In this document: positions 17,291 to 28,576 of the stretch, piece after piece | Layout: every line of letters begins with the position of its first letter | Position numbering within the stretch: position 1 is the first letter of the stretch | IMG/VR virus record: IMGVR_UViG_3300009182_000063 | Location: 571-64,570 of that record | Source of the DNA: a virus | Lineage: Duplodnaviria; Caudoviricetes | DNA: 64,000 nt | Reading direction: 5' to 3' (one strand) | Made by a program: the position numbers and the translations under genes | The notes under the pieces: generated by a model | The model's input: only the letters and a program-made list of their open reading frames with translations | Database searches by the model: none | What the model was told of the DNA's origin: nothing

Positions 17291-20200
17291 ATGGCGACAT
17301 CATCTTCTCTAATAAAATCTCTTTTACATAAATCCATTGCGGAAGGTGTGTATAAAGAGATTCTGTCTAACTCATCAAGATATTACTATTTTTTAGGTAA
17401 GACGCTATCTTGGTCAGATGAAGCGTCGCCACCTTATCCAACAGATAGTCTAGCGTACGAGAGGGACACTCGTAACAATATTATTACATTTAAACAAATT
17501 CAACAAAATGATGTGGCATTTATTGTGCCAAGAATTGATTGGAAAAGTGGAAATGTTTATGATATTTACGATGATCAATATTCAACTTCAGTTCTCGGTG
17601 TAAATATTACAGCTGGAGGAACAAATTATTTGGTTGCTCCTACAGTTACTATTGACCCACCTGATCTTCCAAATGGTATTCAAGCAACAGCTGTTGCTAA
17701 TTTATATAATACTTCCATTGGTTCAATAACTATGGTAAACAATGGCTCTGGTTATACAAATCATCCGAATGTTACCTTTACTGCTGCACAAGGTTCTGGT
17801 GCTGCAGCAGTTGGTGTTATTGGTATGTCTGCAACTGGAGCAGCATCAATCGAACAGTCTCAGTTTTATGTTATGACAGATGAGTATAATGTATACAAAT
17901 GTCTAGACAATAATAATGAAGCACTTTCTACAGCAAAACCAATCGGTTCTCAAGTTCTTCCAATATCAATGTCCGATGGTTATGTTTGGAAGTATATGTT
18001 TAACGTGCCTTTGGCTTTAAGAACAAAGTTTTTAAATGATGAGTATTTTCCAATCGTAACTGCCTTGAGCCAACAATTCTATTCAAATGGTGGAATTGAA
18101 GCAGTTAAAATAAACTCTCGCGGAACAGGTTACTCTGCGATGACATTAAATGTTGATGGTGATGGTTACTTAGCAAGCGATCCTGTTTATCTGGGATCTG
18201 TTAATTTGTTTACTCGTGGTTATGGTTATACAGATGGAGATACAATATCCATCGTTCCTCCATATACTGCCGATGCATATTGGACAGCATCAAGTGCTGT
18301 CTTCCTTGGAAGCATCGTTTCAACATCAACAGGTAAATTATATAATGTCGTTCAGGCTGGAACAACAGGTGTTTCTGAACCTTCTTTTAGAAGCGGAACA
18401 GTTTCTGATGGTACTTGTGCTTTAGAATTTATCGGAGAAACTGCTAAGGCATATCCTTCTTTTAATTCCTTCACTGTTGCTGGAACAATTGCAATTACTG
18501 GAACTGCAGGTCAATTTTCCTGCGATGCTTCTTCCTTAGTAGTCGGAGATACTATAAAAGTAACTGGAACAAAAGGTGGGACTTCTACCTTTACTGGTTA
18601 TCTAACAGGAAATATCTATAAGGTTTCTGCTGTTACTGGTACTTCGCCAAACGTAACTGCCTTTACACTTACAACTACAACAGGAGCTGCACTAAGCACA
18701 GTTGCTGGAACATTGACAGGATTAACTTTTTCCTCTGGAGCAATAACTGCAGTGAATACTGTTGGTGGTATTAGAGAAATTACTCTAAACTCTTTTGGTT
18801 CTGGTTACACATCAAATCCAACAATTAATTTTACTGCTCCTACTATTACCTTTACCGCAACAGCAACTTATGTTAATACTACAACAGAAGTTATAACCAT
18901 AGGATCTCACTGGTTCGCAACAGGAGATAAGGTGGTTTATTCAACAGGTGGTGGAACTGCAATTACTGGGTTGGTTAATAACACTAACTACTATATTATT
19001 AAATCTTCTTCTACTGCAGTTAAGTTGGCTTCTTCTTACGCCAATGCGACTGCTGGTACTGCAATTAATTTAACTGCAGCTGGTGTTGGTACTGCCCATA
19101 CTCTTGCGAATGCTTTAGATTTACCTACAGCAAGTGCTGTTCTCTCATCAACTGGTGTTGTTCAAAGAATTAAAATTACTGATTCTGGAGCAAACTTTCC
19201 AACAGCACCGACAGTAACTATCGGAACAGCTCTACCACTGTCAACTGCAGTAACACTTGGTCAACAATATTTTGTTTCTTCGAAACTATATACAGTGACA
19301 ACTGCAGGAACAACTGCTGCTTCTAATCCAACTACAACAGCTCTTGGTGATATAGTTACCAGTGGAACTGCTGCTCTTCAATGGGTAGGTTCAGCAGCTA
19401 CTGGATCAGCAGTGTTAAGGTATGGTTATGGTTACTCAGGAAATCCAACGATTTCTATTACTACTACAACTGGAACTGGTTTCTCTGCATCATTTCAATC
19501 AACTAAAACTAATGCTAAACTAATTCCACAGTTAGAGAATGGTCAGCTGGTCGGTGTTCAAATTGATGATCCAGGAATTGGTTATAGTTCTGCTTCAATC
19601 AGTGTGACTGGTGATGGAACTGGTTGCAGCGTTGCTCCTGATATTTCTCTTGGTAATATTAATAGTTTACAAGCAAATAATGAACTACTCACAGTCGCAG
19701 GAACAATCAATAACATTCAAGTAGTTAGTGGTGGTTATGGTTATGGTGTCGCAACCATTGGTATAGCTGGTGACGGAACTGGCGCAACTGCAACTGCAAC
19801 TGTATCAAATGGTGCTTTACAAAAGATTACAATAACAAATCAAGGGCAAGGTTATACTTACGCAGATATTACTATTACTGGTAATGGAACTGCTGCTTCG
19901 GCAAGAGCAATCATTTCTCCCCATAATGGTCACGGAAAAGATTCCTTTGATGAGTTATATGCAAACACTTTAATGTTTTACAGTAATGTGTCAAGGGATA
20001 AGAATCAAGGATTTGATGTAAATAATGACTATCGTCAGGTTGGTATTTTAAAGAATCCAAGATACTATAACGCAACTACAAGATATTCTGAACCACTGGG
20101 ATCAGGTTGTTTTACAATTTCTGCTACTTTCAGTACAGTTAATTTTGTGAAAGATATGATTCTTACCATTCCAAGAACAGTTGATAATAATGCCGAATTA

Positions 20201-20446
20201 AAAAGATACTATGTTGTTTCAGTAAACAGCACTGGAACATCTATGTTGGTACAATCAATTGATGGTGATACTCCACTCGTTGGTGATCAAATGACAAATA
20301 TTAATAGTCAGTTTTTTAGTGTAGCTGCAGTGGGTAATCCAACTGTTGATAAATATTCTGGAGATATATTGTTTATAGACAATAAAGCTGGTTTTACACC
20401 ATCTGCTCAAGAAACAGTTACACTAAGAACTATTATAACATTCTAA
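17291..20446 (+). CDS. gp8: Baseplate wedge subunit gp8, greatly enlarged by inserted domains (1051 aa)
   Basis: VPRIDWKSG.VYDIY, FYVMTDEYNVYKCLDNN, DGYVWKYMF, GHGKD, NDYRQVGILKNP, KYSGDILFIDN. Confidence 0.85.
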   Translation: MATSSSLIKSLLHKSIAEGVYKEILSNSSRYYYFLGKTLSWSDEASPPYPTDSLAYERDTRNNIITFKQIQQNDVAFIVPRIDWKSGNVYDIYDDQYSTSVLGVNITAGGTNYLVAPTVTIDPPDLPNGIQATAVANLYNTSIGSITMVNNGSGYTNHPNVTFTAAQGSGAAAVGVIGMSATGAASIEQSQFYVMTDEYNVYKCLDNNNEALSTAKPIGSQVLPISMSDGYVWKYMFNVPLALRTKFLNDEYFPIVTALSQQFYSNGGIEAVKINSRGTGYSAMTLNVDGDGYLASDPVYLGSVNLFTRGYGYTDGDTISIVPPYTADAYWTASSAVFLGSIVSTSTGKLYNVVQAGTTGVSEPSFRSGTVSDGTCALEFIGETAKAYPSFNSFTVAGTIAITGTAGQFSCDASSLVVGDTIKVTGTKGGTSTFTGYLTGNIYKVSAVTGTSPNVTAFTLTTTTGAALSTVAGTLTGLTFSSGAITAVNTVGGIREITLNSFGSGYTSNPTINFTAPTITFTATATYVNTTTEVITIGSHWFATGDKVVYSTGGGTAITGLVNNTNYYIIKSSSTAVKLASSYANATAGTAINLTAAGVGTAHTLANALDLPTASAVLSSTGVVQRIKITDSGANFPTAPTVTIGTALPLSTAVTLGQQYFVSSKLYTVTTAGTTAASNPTTTALGDIVTSGTAALQWVGSAATGSAVLRYGYGYSGNPTISITTTTGTGFSASFQSTKTNAKLIPQLENGQLVGVQIDDPGIGYSSASISVTGDGTGCSVAPDISLGNINSLQANNELLTVAGTINNIQVVSGGYGYGVATIGIAGDGTGATATATVSNGALQKITITNQGQGYTYADITITGNGTAASARAIISPHNGHGKDSFDELYANTLMFYSNVSRDKNQGFDVNNDYRQVGILKNPRYYNATTRYSEPLGSGCFTISATFSTVNFVKDMILTIPRTVDNNAELKRYYVVSVNSTGTSMLVQSIDGDTPLVGDQMTNINSQFFSVAAVGNPTVDKYSGDILFIDNKAGFTPSAQETVTLRTIITF

Positions 20447-20453
20447 CTAAATA
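20447..20453 (+). promoter_or_regulatory. Late-promoter-like CTAAATA upstream of the VrlC-like gene
   Basis: Intergenic, 25 nt before the ATG; variant of the TATAAATA consensus that recurs in this window. Confidence 0.55.
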
Positions 20454-20478
20454 GTTAAGATTATAGAGAAGAGTAAAA

Positions 20479-23400
20479 ATGCTAGATTTCAATACCGAAC
20501 CATACAATGATGACTACAGCGAAGATAGTAAATTCTATCGCATTTTGTTTCGCCCATCATTTGCGGTCCAAGCCAGAGAATTAACCCAACTACAGACTAT
20601 TCTACAAAATCAGATTAGTCGTCAAGGTGGAGCACTTTATAAACAAGGTTCAATGGTTATTCCTGGTCAAGTATCAATAGATACAAACGCCAAATATGTC
20701 AAATTAGTTGCTGTATACAGTGGCGCATCTACTGAATCTTATATTACCTCTACAGCGTCAACTGGTAAATTTATTACTGGATCTAGTGGTGTCCAGGCTC
20801 AAATTATTAAAGTTGTTTCCGCAACTACATCAGATCCAACAACAATCTATGTTCGTTATCGTTCTTCAGACACTACTGCTGGGACGCAAAAAGTATTTGC
20901 CGATGGTGAAGTAATAACTTTTGACGATGGTAGCGGAACAACTCAAGCAGCTGCTTCTTCTGCAACTGGAACTGGTTCTTTGGCAACTGTACAGCGTGGT
21001 GTTTACTACGTAAATGGTTTCTTTGTTCTTTGTGCAGATGCTCATAGTGCAGCTGATCAAACAATTGATCTAGACAAATATACAAATACACCATCGTATC
21101 GTGTTGGTTTAAGTATTCTAGAAACAACAATTACACCAGAAGATGATACAACATTACTGGATAATGCGCAGACTTCATATAACTATGCTGCTCCAGGTGC
21201 TCATCGTTATCATATAGATTTAGTTCTTACTAAACTTCCACTTACCAGTGTTGATGATCAAAATTTTATTGAACTGTTAAAAGTTAGCAGTGGTACTATT
21301 ATTCGTATCGTTAACAAAACAGAATATTCAGAATTAGAAAAAGAACTGGCTCGTCGTACTTATGACGAATCTGGAAACTATACAGTTCGCCCATTCAATG
21401 TTGATGTTCGTGAGGCAAGAAATAATAGTCGTGGAACTTGGACAACAACACCTACCTCTTATTTGATTGGTGATGTTATTTTATATAGCGGAAAAACTTA
21501 CACCGCAAAAAATACTGCAACTTCTGCTTCCTCTGTTCCACCGACTCATACTACTGGAACTGTTTTTGATGGATCAGGAAATACTGGTGTTAAGTGGGAA
21601 TACACACCATATCCAGTATATAATCGTGGTATCAGTTTAACTGGTTCCGATGATCAGCTTGCCATTGCTCTTGATCCAGGTAAAGCATATGTTCAGGGAC
21701 ATGAGATTGAAAAAGTTTCAACTGAATATGTTTATGTCAATAAGTGTAGAGATTCTTCTCATCAAGTTCAAGTTATAAATGCTTTCTTACCAGCGACAGT
21801 TGGTAACTATGTTCTTGTTAACTCAGTAAATGCTGCACCTTTTGTAGATACTTTTGTTCAGGTTGCACTATACAATCAATTTACAACAACTGGCGTTGCT
21901 TCTCCTGTTCCTGGAACTGGTGTTGGCACTCAAGTTGGTACTGCTCGTGTTCGTTTTATTGAGTTAGACAGTGGGACTCAGTATAAAATTGGATTGTTTG
22001 ATATTCAGATGTTTTCTGGATACGACTTCAAACGCAATGTAAAATCTTTTTACTATAACAATCCAGCTGGTGGTGCTGTTGTTGACTTCTCTGCTGATAT
22101 TGCTCCAGTGGCAACTCGTTTAGTCGGTGCTGCTACAGCATCTGCTTCTACAACGATCACTGGTACTGGTACTTCTTTTCAAACTGATTTGCTTGTTGGT
22201 GATTATATTTCTCTCGGTGGAACATATCGTCGTGTAACTGCTATCGCATCACAGAACTCTATAACTGTTGACCAATCAACATCAGTAACTGGTGTTACTA
22301 TTGATAGAGTTTCTACACAAATTCTTGAACCAGAAAATGAATCATTAATCTTTAGATTGCCTTACTATGCAATCAAATCACTAAGATCTTCTGATTCTAC
22401 AAACAGAACTACATACTACGCATATCAGAAATTTACAGCAACAGCTGGTGCAACAGGAAGTGGTGGTACTGGATATTGTACACTAACAGTTTCCGCTGCT
22501 TCTGGAACAATGGCTCCATCTGCTCAAACAAATAATTATCAATTAGTTGATAGTACAACTGGTAGTACGATTTCCTATGTTTCTGCTTCAATCTCTGGTT
22601 CTTCTGCTACTTTTACTTTATCAAATACTTACGCTTCAAGAGCATTTACGGTAATTGGTACTGTTGTAAAAACTCTTTCTTCAAGTACCGAAAAAACTAA
22701 AACTCTGACAACTGCCACTGTGACTTTTACAACTCAAGCAGCTGCTCAAGCACTGGCATTAAGTCTTGGAAAAGCCGATGGATATAGAGTTACCAGCGTA
22801 TTAATGGATGCTGGTTCTTTTGCATCAGCAGCTGGAACATATACTCTTGATATCAGTGATCGATATAACTTCAATGATGGCCAAACTTCATCATTCTATG
22901 GTCTTGCTAAGTTAGAATTAAAACCTTCCTACACTGTACCAAGTGGTCCAGTTCAGGTTACCTTTGAGTATTTTACTCATGGTATTGGAGATTACTTCTC
23001 TGTTAATTCTTATGCTGATGTTGACTATAAAAAGATTCCTTTCTTTAACTCTATATCTTTAAGAGATTCTATTGACTTCCGTCCAAGAGTTGATGATACT
23101 GGTGTAACATTCTCTGGATCAGGTGGTTCTACTTCTTTGATTCCTAAGCGTGGTCAAGAAATTCAAACAGACTTTATTTACTATTTGGCAAGAACAGATA
23201 AGATTGCCATTGATGTTAATGGTAAGTTTTTCCAGATTGCAGGAAATCCATCATTAAATCCAGGAGATCCACCTGAGCCAAAACAAGGTATGGTTCTTTA
23301 CACATTAAATCTTGAACCATATACATTCAGTACAACTTCTAACAGTGTTGCAGTTACTAAAGTCGAAAACAAGCGTTATACAATGCGTGACATTGGAACT

Positions 23401-26400
23401 CTTGAGAGAAGAATTACTAATCTTGAATACTACACTTCGTTGTCTTTATTAGAACAACAAACTGAAGCATTGACAATTACTGACTCAACAACTGGTTTAA
23501 ATCGTTTCAAGAATGGTTTTGTTGTAGACAATTTCAGTGGACATAATGTTGGTGATGTTACCAGCGTAGATTATTACTGTTCTATTGATATGGGTGCAAA
23601 TGAGTTGCGTGCGTTTTATTCAATGAAACATATCGGATTGATTGAAAAAGTTTCAACTGATGCTGCTCGTTCTTCTTCAAATTATAAACTAACTGGTGAG
23701 TTGATTACTCTTCCAATAATTGCAACACCTGCTCTTATTACACAACCATATGCATCTCGTTTGGAAAATATTAATCCATTCGCTATTTTTACTTTCCTTG
23801 GTCAAGTTAATTTAAACCCACCAAATGATACTTGGTTTGAAACTGATCGTCGTCCAGATATTGTTCAAAACCAAGAAGGCGATTTCAATACTATCGCAAC
23901 ACTGGCTGAAAAAGCAGGTGTTCTTGGAACTGTTTGGAACGCATGGCAAACTCAATGGACAGGCGAACCAGTAACATCTACTCAAACATATGTCGGTGAC
24001 CAACGTGGACTTGGAACTGTAGGTTGGAGAGATGGTCTCGCTGCCAATACTCCTGCTGATCAATTGAATGCAATGTTCGGAGATGTTCAAGGACAAGGTT
24101 GGGCACATCGTGTTGTTACGGCACAAACTTCAGCTGTTACTTCTGGTCTATCAAGAACTGGTATTAATACTCAGGTCGTTGCTAAAATTGACACACAGTT
24201 GGTTGAAGATCGTGTTCTTTCAACTGCTGTTATTCCTTATATTCGTTCAAGAAATATTCTTATTCAAGCAACAGGATTAAAACCAAACACAACATTCTAC
24301 CCATTCTTTGATAATGTTAATGTTGCTGCCTACTGTACTCCTGCAACTAAGATTACCTTTACTGGTGCTGTAAATTTTGATTCTACATCAAATGTTGGAG
24401 CCAATACAACTCAAACTGCTCGTTTAATTAATGGTGATTCTCAGAGTTGTTTAAGTAGCGGAGATGTAATAACTGGTGCTTCTTCTGGAGCAACTGCTAT
24501 TTGTGTTGGATCTGAACAGGTATTAAATACAAGCGGTGTTGTATCAACAAGAAACCTTTATGTTGTTAACATCAAGGGAACTTTTACAAATGGTGAATCA
24601 ATTTCTGGTTCAATCAGTGGAGTAACTGCAGTAATTTCTGCAATTGAAACTACTCAGACTGCTGGCGGTTCTCTTGGAACTGATGTCAACGGTAAAGTTC
24701 AATTATTGTTTGCTGTTCCAAATAGCGACACCGCAAGATTCCGTATTGGTCAGCGTCAATTCACTCTTACAGACTCTACAACTAATGATGCAACTTTTAC
24801 TTCTAGAGGTAATGGACAGTATTTTGCTCAAGGTGTTCTTGAAACTAAACAAGCGACATATATGTCTACCAGAAATGGTATCCTTGTTCAGAATCAAGTT
24901 GACCCACAGTTTAAAACAATCACACAAACATCATCTCGTGTAGTTTCTGATACTGGTTGGTATGATCCACTTGCTCAAACCTTTATGGTAAATTCAAGAG
25001 GTGGTGCATTCTTGACAGCAGTTGATTTATTCTTTGCTACCAAGGATAGAAGTATTCCTGTTCATATTGAGATTAGAGAAGTTGTTAATGGTAATCCAGG
25101 AAAAACAATTCTACCCTTCTCTCAGGTTGCATTGAATCCTGAGCAGGTAAATATTTCAACAAGTACTGTTACACTTCCTGATGGAACTATCGTTCCAAGT
25201 TATGACACAGCAACTACCTTTACTTTCCCATCTCCTGTTTATGTTCAGGATGCCACTGAGTATGCTTTAGTTGTTGCTTCTGATTCTAATGGATATAAAA
25301 CATGGATCTCTAACATGGGAGATGCTATTCCAGGATCAAACAGAACTATTTCTGACCAACCATATGCTGGTGTGTTATTTAAATCGCAGAACGGATCTAC
25401 TTGGACTGCTGATCAAGATCAAGACTTGAAGTTTACAATTTATCGTGCTCAGTTTGATGTAAATGCAGTGGGAACTGTTCAATTTGTTAATACTATTATT
25501 CCAAAGGTAACTCTTGATAAGGATCCCTTTGAGACAAATATTGGATCAGCTTTTGTTCGTGTCTTCCATAGAAACCATGGACTTTCAACAAACTCATATG
25601 TAACAATTTCTAACTCTGATACTACAAAGATTTATGGATCTACTCCAACATCTGGAACTATAACATGTTCAACAGGTAGTGTAACTGTTACTGGTTCGTC
25701 AACTGTGTTTAATACAGATATTGGAACAACGACAGTTGGCCAAGGTGCTGTTCTTTATACTAATGAAGCAACTCCAAGATATATTGGTGTAGTTGCATCA
25801 GTAGCAAGTAATACTTCTTTAACTTTAGTTGCAAATGCTGCGATCACTTTGAGTTCAGCAACTACTTTTACAATCGCACCTTCGATTAATGGTATACCAG
25901 TTACAGAGATTTATAAGTTATCAACTGTAACAACAGTGACTGATAACGATTCTTATGTATTGACAACAACTACAACTGGTAAGAAATTTGGTTACGCAGG
26001 TGGTCAAACTGCAACTGCCATTGGAAATTATCAGTATAATGCTTTACAACCAATCGCGCAAGTTCAAACTTTTGCTGATACAAATGCTTTGTTCTCTCTT
26101 AAGACAACAACTGGTAAATCAATAAATGGTTCAGAAACTCCGTATACACTAGACTCTAGTTTCTCTGGTGCAGTTGCAAATGATACCAATTATTTCTCAG
26201 CACCAAGAGTTGTTGCATCTCAACAGAATGAAAACACTTTAATGAGTGGAAATAAATCAGTTACCATTCAATGTCAAATGACAACTACGAATGATGCGGT
26301 TTCTCCAGTTCTTGATTCTAAAAGAATGGGACTTGTTGCTATTAGTAATACATTGAACGCACCAAGCGAAACAGTTATTAATTACGGTAGTTTGGATCAA

Positions 26401-27039
26401 ATTACTTTGACTTCAGCAAATACTAATATTGCTTTTACAAGCACTGGTATAGCATCAGCTGATGGTCCAACTAAAGCACTATTGGCAACTCTACAGGTTG
26501 GTAAATATATTACCATTTCTGGTTCTGGTACTGCCACAAACAACGGAACATATTTAATTACTGGTGTTGCTTCTGATGGCGCAACAGTGACAATCGCTAA
26601 CACAAATGGTTCGACAATTGTTTCTGCAGGAACTGCAATTACCATAGTGTTTAGAAACTCTTACATTGATGAGATTTCTCCGTCGGGTAGCTCTACTCAC
26701 AGTAAGTACGTTACTAAACAGATTAGTTTGGCAACACCAGCTACTTCAATGAAGATTCGTCTTTCAATAAATTCACCAACAGCATCTAATGTTGCAGTTT
26801 ATTATAGAACTTCTCCAGTTGGATCTAAGAACTCTTATGGAACAATTAATTATATTCTTGCAACTCAAGATGGTGTGTTCCCTAAAGTTCAATATGGTGA
26901 TAATTCCTTCAAAGATGTTGACTATACAATAACTGGTTTGACTGCTTTTGATTCCTTTAATGTTAAGTTGGTATTTACTTCAACCAACACATCGGAAGTT
27001 ACTAGAGTTAAAGACCTTAGAGTTATAGCAACAACATAA
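20479..27039 (+). CDS. Large VrlC-like (DUF4815-type) virion structural protein, 2186 aa
   Basis: PYNDDY...FYRILFRP..AVQARELTQLQ, APGAHRY, LARRTYDESGNY, RYTMRDIG.LE.RI.NLEYYTSLSLLE, WYDPLAQTF, LFKSQNGSTW. Confidence 0.85.
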   Translation: MLDFNTEPYNDDYSEDSKFYRILFRPSFAVQARELTQLQTILQNQISRQGGALYKQGSMVIPGQVSIDTNAKYVKLVAVYSGASTESYITSTASTGKFITGSSGVQAQIIKVVSATTSDPTTIYVRYRSSDTTAGTQKVFADGEVITFDDGSGTTQAAASSATGTGSLATVQRGVYYVNGFFVLCADAHSAADQTIDLDKYTNTPSYRVGLSILETTITPEDDTTLLDNAQTSYNYAAPGAHRYHIDLVLTKLPLTSVDDQNFIELLKVSSGTIIRIVNKTEYSELEKELARRTYDESGNYTVRPFNVDVREARNNSRGTWTTTPTSYLIGDVILYSGKTYTAKNTATSASSVPPTHTTGTVFDGSGNTGVKWEYTPYPVYNRGISLTGSDDQLAIALDPGKAYVQGHEIEKVSTEYVYVNKCRDSSHQVQVINAFLPATVGNYVLVNSVNAAPFVDTFVQVALYNQFTTTGVASPVPGTGVGTQVGTARVRFIELDSGTQYKIGLFDIQMFSGYDFKRNVKSFYYNNPAGGAVVDFSADIAPVATRLVGAATASASTTITGTGTSFQTDLLVGDYISLGGTYRRVTAIASQNSITVDQSTSVTGVTIDRVSTQILEPENESLIFRLPYYAIKSLRSSDSTNRTTYYAYQKFTATAGATGSGGTGYCTLTVSAASGTMAPSAQTNNYQLVDSTTGSTISYVSASISGSSATFTLSNTYASRAFTVIGTVVKTLSSSTEKTKTLTTATVTFTTQAAAQALALSLGKADGYRVTSVLMDAGSFASAAGTYTLDISDRYNFNDGQTSSFYGLAKLELKPSYTVPSGPVQVTFEYFTHGIGDYFSVNSYADVDYKKIPFFNSISLRDSIDFRPRVDDTGVTFSGSGGSTSLIPKRGQEIQTDFIYYLARTDKIAIDVNGKFFQIAGNPSLNPGDPPEPKQGMVLYTLNLEPYTFSTTSNSVAVTKVENKRYTMRDIGTLERRITNLEYYTSLSLLEQQTEALTITDSTTGLNRFKNGFVVDNFSGHNVGDVTSVDYYCSIDMGANELRAFYSMKHIGLIEKVSTDAARSSSNYKLTGELITLPIIATPALITQPYASRLENINPFAIFTFLGQVNLNPPNDTWFETDRRPDIVQNQEGDFNTIATLAEKAGVLGTVWNAWQTQWTGEPVTSTQTYVGDQRGLGTVGWRDGLAANTPADQLNAMFGDVQGQGWAHRVVTAQTSAVTSGLSRTGINTQVVAKIDTQLVEDRVLSTAVIPYIRSRNILIQATGLKPNTTFYPFFDNVNVAAYCTPATKITFTGAVNFDSTSNVGANTTQTARLINGDSQSCLSSGDVITGASSGATAICVGSEQVLNTSGVVSTRNLYVVNIKGTFTNGESISGSISGVTAVISAIETTQTAGGSLGTDVNGKVQLLFAVPNSDTARFRIGQRQFTLTDSTTNDATFTSRGNGQYFAQGVLETKQATYMSTRNGILVQNQVDPQFKTITQTSSRVVSDTGWYDPLAQTFMVNSRGGAFLTAVDLFFATKDRSIPVHIEIREVVNGNPGKTILPFSQVALNPEQVNISTSTVTLPDGTIVPSYDTATTFTFPSPVYVQDATEYALVVASDSNGYKTWISNMGDAIPGSNRTISDQPYAGVLFKSQNGSTWTADQDQDLKFTIYRAQFDVNAVGTVQFVNTIIPKVTLDKDPFETNIGSAFVRVFHRNHGLSTNSYVTISNSDTTKIYGSTPTSGTITCSTGSVTVTGSSTVFNTDIGTTTVGQGAVLYTNEATPRYIGVVASVASNTSLTLVANAAITLSSATTFTIAPSINGIPVTEIYKLSTVTTVTDNDSYVLTTTTTGKKFGYAGGQTATAIGNYQYNALQPIAQVQTFADTNALFSLKTTTGKSINGSETPYTLDSSFSGAVANDTNYFSAPRVVASQQNENTLMSGNKSVTIQCQMTTTNDAVSPVLDSKRMGLVAISNTLNAPSETVINYGSLDQITLTSANTNIAFTSTGIASADGPTKALLATLQVGKYITISGSGTATNNGTYLITGVASDGATVTIANTNGSTIVSAGTAITIVFRNSYIDEISPSGSSTHSKYVTKQISLATPATSMKIRLSINSPTASNVAVYYRTSPVGSKNSYGTINYILATQDGVFPKVQYGDNSFKDVDYTITGLTAFDSFNVKLVFTSTNTSEVTRVKDLRVIATT

Positions 27040-27269
27040 TGGAAAATATATTACAGGTTGAAGGAAATCCATCTCTAGTACGAGACTTGGCATCTAACGC
27101 AATTATTAATACGAATATATCAGAGTTTGAAACCTATCTTAGAAATAGAGATATTATGTCTGCTAGAGTTAATCAATTACAGACTCAGAACGAAAAGATA
27201 AATAGACTTGAAAATGATATCAACGACATAAAAACTATGTTACAACTGTTGATCAATAAGGAAAATTAA
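27039..27269 (+). CDS. Conserved small coiled-coil protein following the VrlC-like gene
   Basis: VEGNPSLVRD..SNAIINTN, INRLENDINDIKTMLQLL; coupled by TAATG overlaps. Confidence 0.7.
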   Translation: MENILQVEGNPSLVRDLASNAIINTNISEFETYLRNRDIMSARVNQLQTQNEKINRLENDINDIKTMLQLLINKEN

Positions 27270-28567
27270 TGGCATCTATCACGCTACGCACTGTTAAAGG
27301 AAGTCCTCTTACCAATCAAGAGATGGACGACAACCTTAATAATATCAATGCTCAATTAAATCTTACTTTACCTGCAGCGTCATATACCGCAGCCGATGTG
27401 CTAACGAAACTTAAAACAGTTGACGGAGTTGGTTCTGGTTTAGATGCAGATTTGTTGGATGGTTATAATTCAGCAACAACTGCAACGGCAAACACAATTG
27501 TTCTTAGAGATGCCAATACAGATATTGCCGCAGGAGTGGTTCGTGCCACAACAGTAATTGCCAATGTAACAGGTAATGTCACAGGTAATGTAACAGGAAC
27601 TCTTACTGGAAATGCAACCAATGTTTCTGGCACTGTTGCTATTAATAATGGTGGCACTGGTGGTAGTGATGCAACTTCTGCTCGCTCAAACCTTGGACTT
27701 GGATCAATGGCAACTCAGAATAATTCTGGTGTTACTATTGTCGGTGGAACTATTACTGGTTTAACAACTGCATTACCAATTGCATCTGGCGGTACAGGCG
27801 CAACATCAGCAACTGCAGTAAGAACAAACCTTGGTCTTGCCATTGGTACTGATGTTCAGCCTTTCTCAAACGAATTAACAGGTATCGCAGCAGCAACTAA
27901 CACTGGTATCTATGTTCGTATTGGTGCTGCTTCAGTTACACAAAGATCAGTAGTTACTAATGGAAATGGTATAGTTGTTACAAATGGCAGCGGAGTCGGT
28001 GGTAATATTTCAGTTGACTTACCTAGTTCTGGTTCAGTAACACTTTCATCTCTACAACTTAATGCTGGTTTAACTGTTGGAACAACAGGAACTTTCTCTG
28101 GCGCTGTTACACTTCCATCTATTTCAAAATCTGGTGGTAATGGTTCAGGTGATATTGGCCAAGACGGAAATCGTTTCGGAACAATTTTTGGAACAGCTTC
28201 TACTGCTAAGTATGCCGACTTGGCAGAAAAATATCTTGCCGACGATACCTATGAAACAGGAACTGTTATTGTAGTTGGTGGCGAAAAAGAAGTTACTCAA
28301 TCTTTCTTTGGAGACAAAGCAATCGGTGTTGTTTCTGCTGCTCCTGCTTACTGTATGAATGATGAGTTGAAAGACGGAACAAAGATAGCACTAAAAGGTC
28401 GTGTCCCAGTTAAAGTTGTTGGAGCAATTACCAAAGGCAAAAGTATTACTGCTGGTGATAATGGAACTGCTGTTCAATGTGAACATCACTTCTATGGAGC
28501 GTTTGGCGTGGCTCTTGAATCCAGCGATACTGAAACTGTTAAATTAATTGAATGTGTGATTTTATAA
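27269..28567 (+). CDS. Tail fibre protein with C-terminal autocleaving chaperone (Peptidase G2-like)
   Basis: KGSPLTNQEMDDN anchor, GSGLDADLLDG, GGTG repeats, AKYADLAEKY...IGVVS..PAY.MN...IALKGRVPVKV. Confidence 0.75.
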   Translation: MASITLRTVKGSPLTNQEMDDNLNNINAQLNLTLPAASYTAADVLTKLKTVDGVGSGLDADLLDGYNSATTATANTIVLRDANTDIAAGVVRATTVIANVTGNVTGNVTGTLTGNATNVSGTVAINNGGTGGSDATSARSNLGLGSMATQNNSGVTIVGGTITGLTTALPIASGGTGATSATAVRTNLGLAIGTDVQPFSNELTGIAAATNTGIYVRIGAASVTQRSVVTNGNGIVVTNGSGVGGNISVDLPSSGSVTLSSLQLNAGLTVGTTGTFSGAVTLPSISKSGGNGSGDIGQDGNRFGTIFGTASTAKYADLAEKYLADDTYETGTVIVVGGEKEVTQSFFGDKAIGVVSAAPAYCMNDELKDGTKIALKGRVPVKVVGAITKGKSITAGDNGTAVQCEHHFYGAFGVALESSDTETVKLIECVIL

Positions 28568-28576
28568 TGTTTTTTG

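Noticed and set aside
20479-27039. VrlC-like gene as a virulence factor
   Set aside because: The name is historical; this family is a common structural protein following the baseplate wedge genes in T4-like phages.
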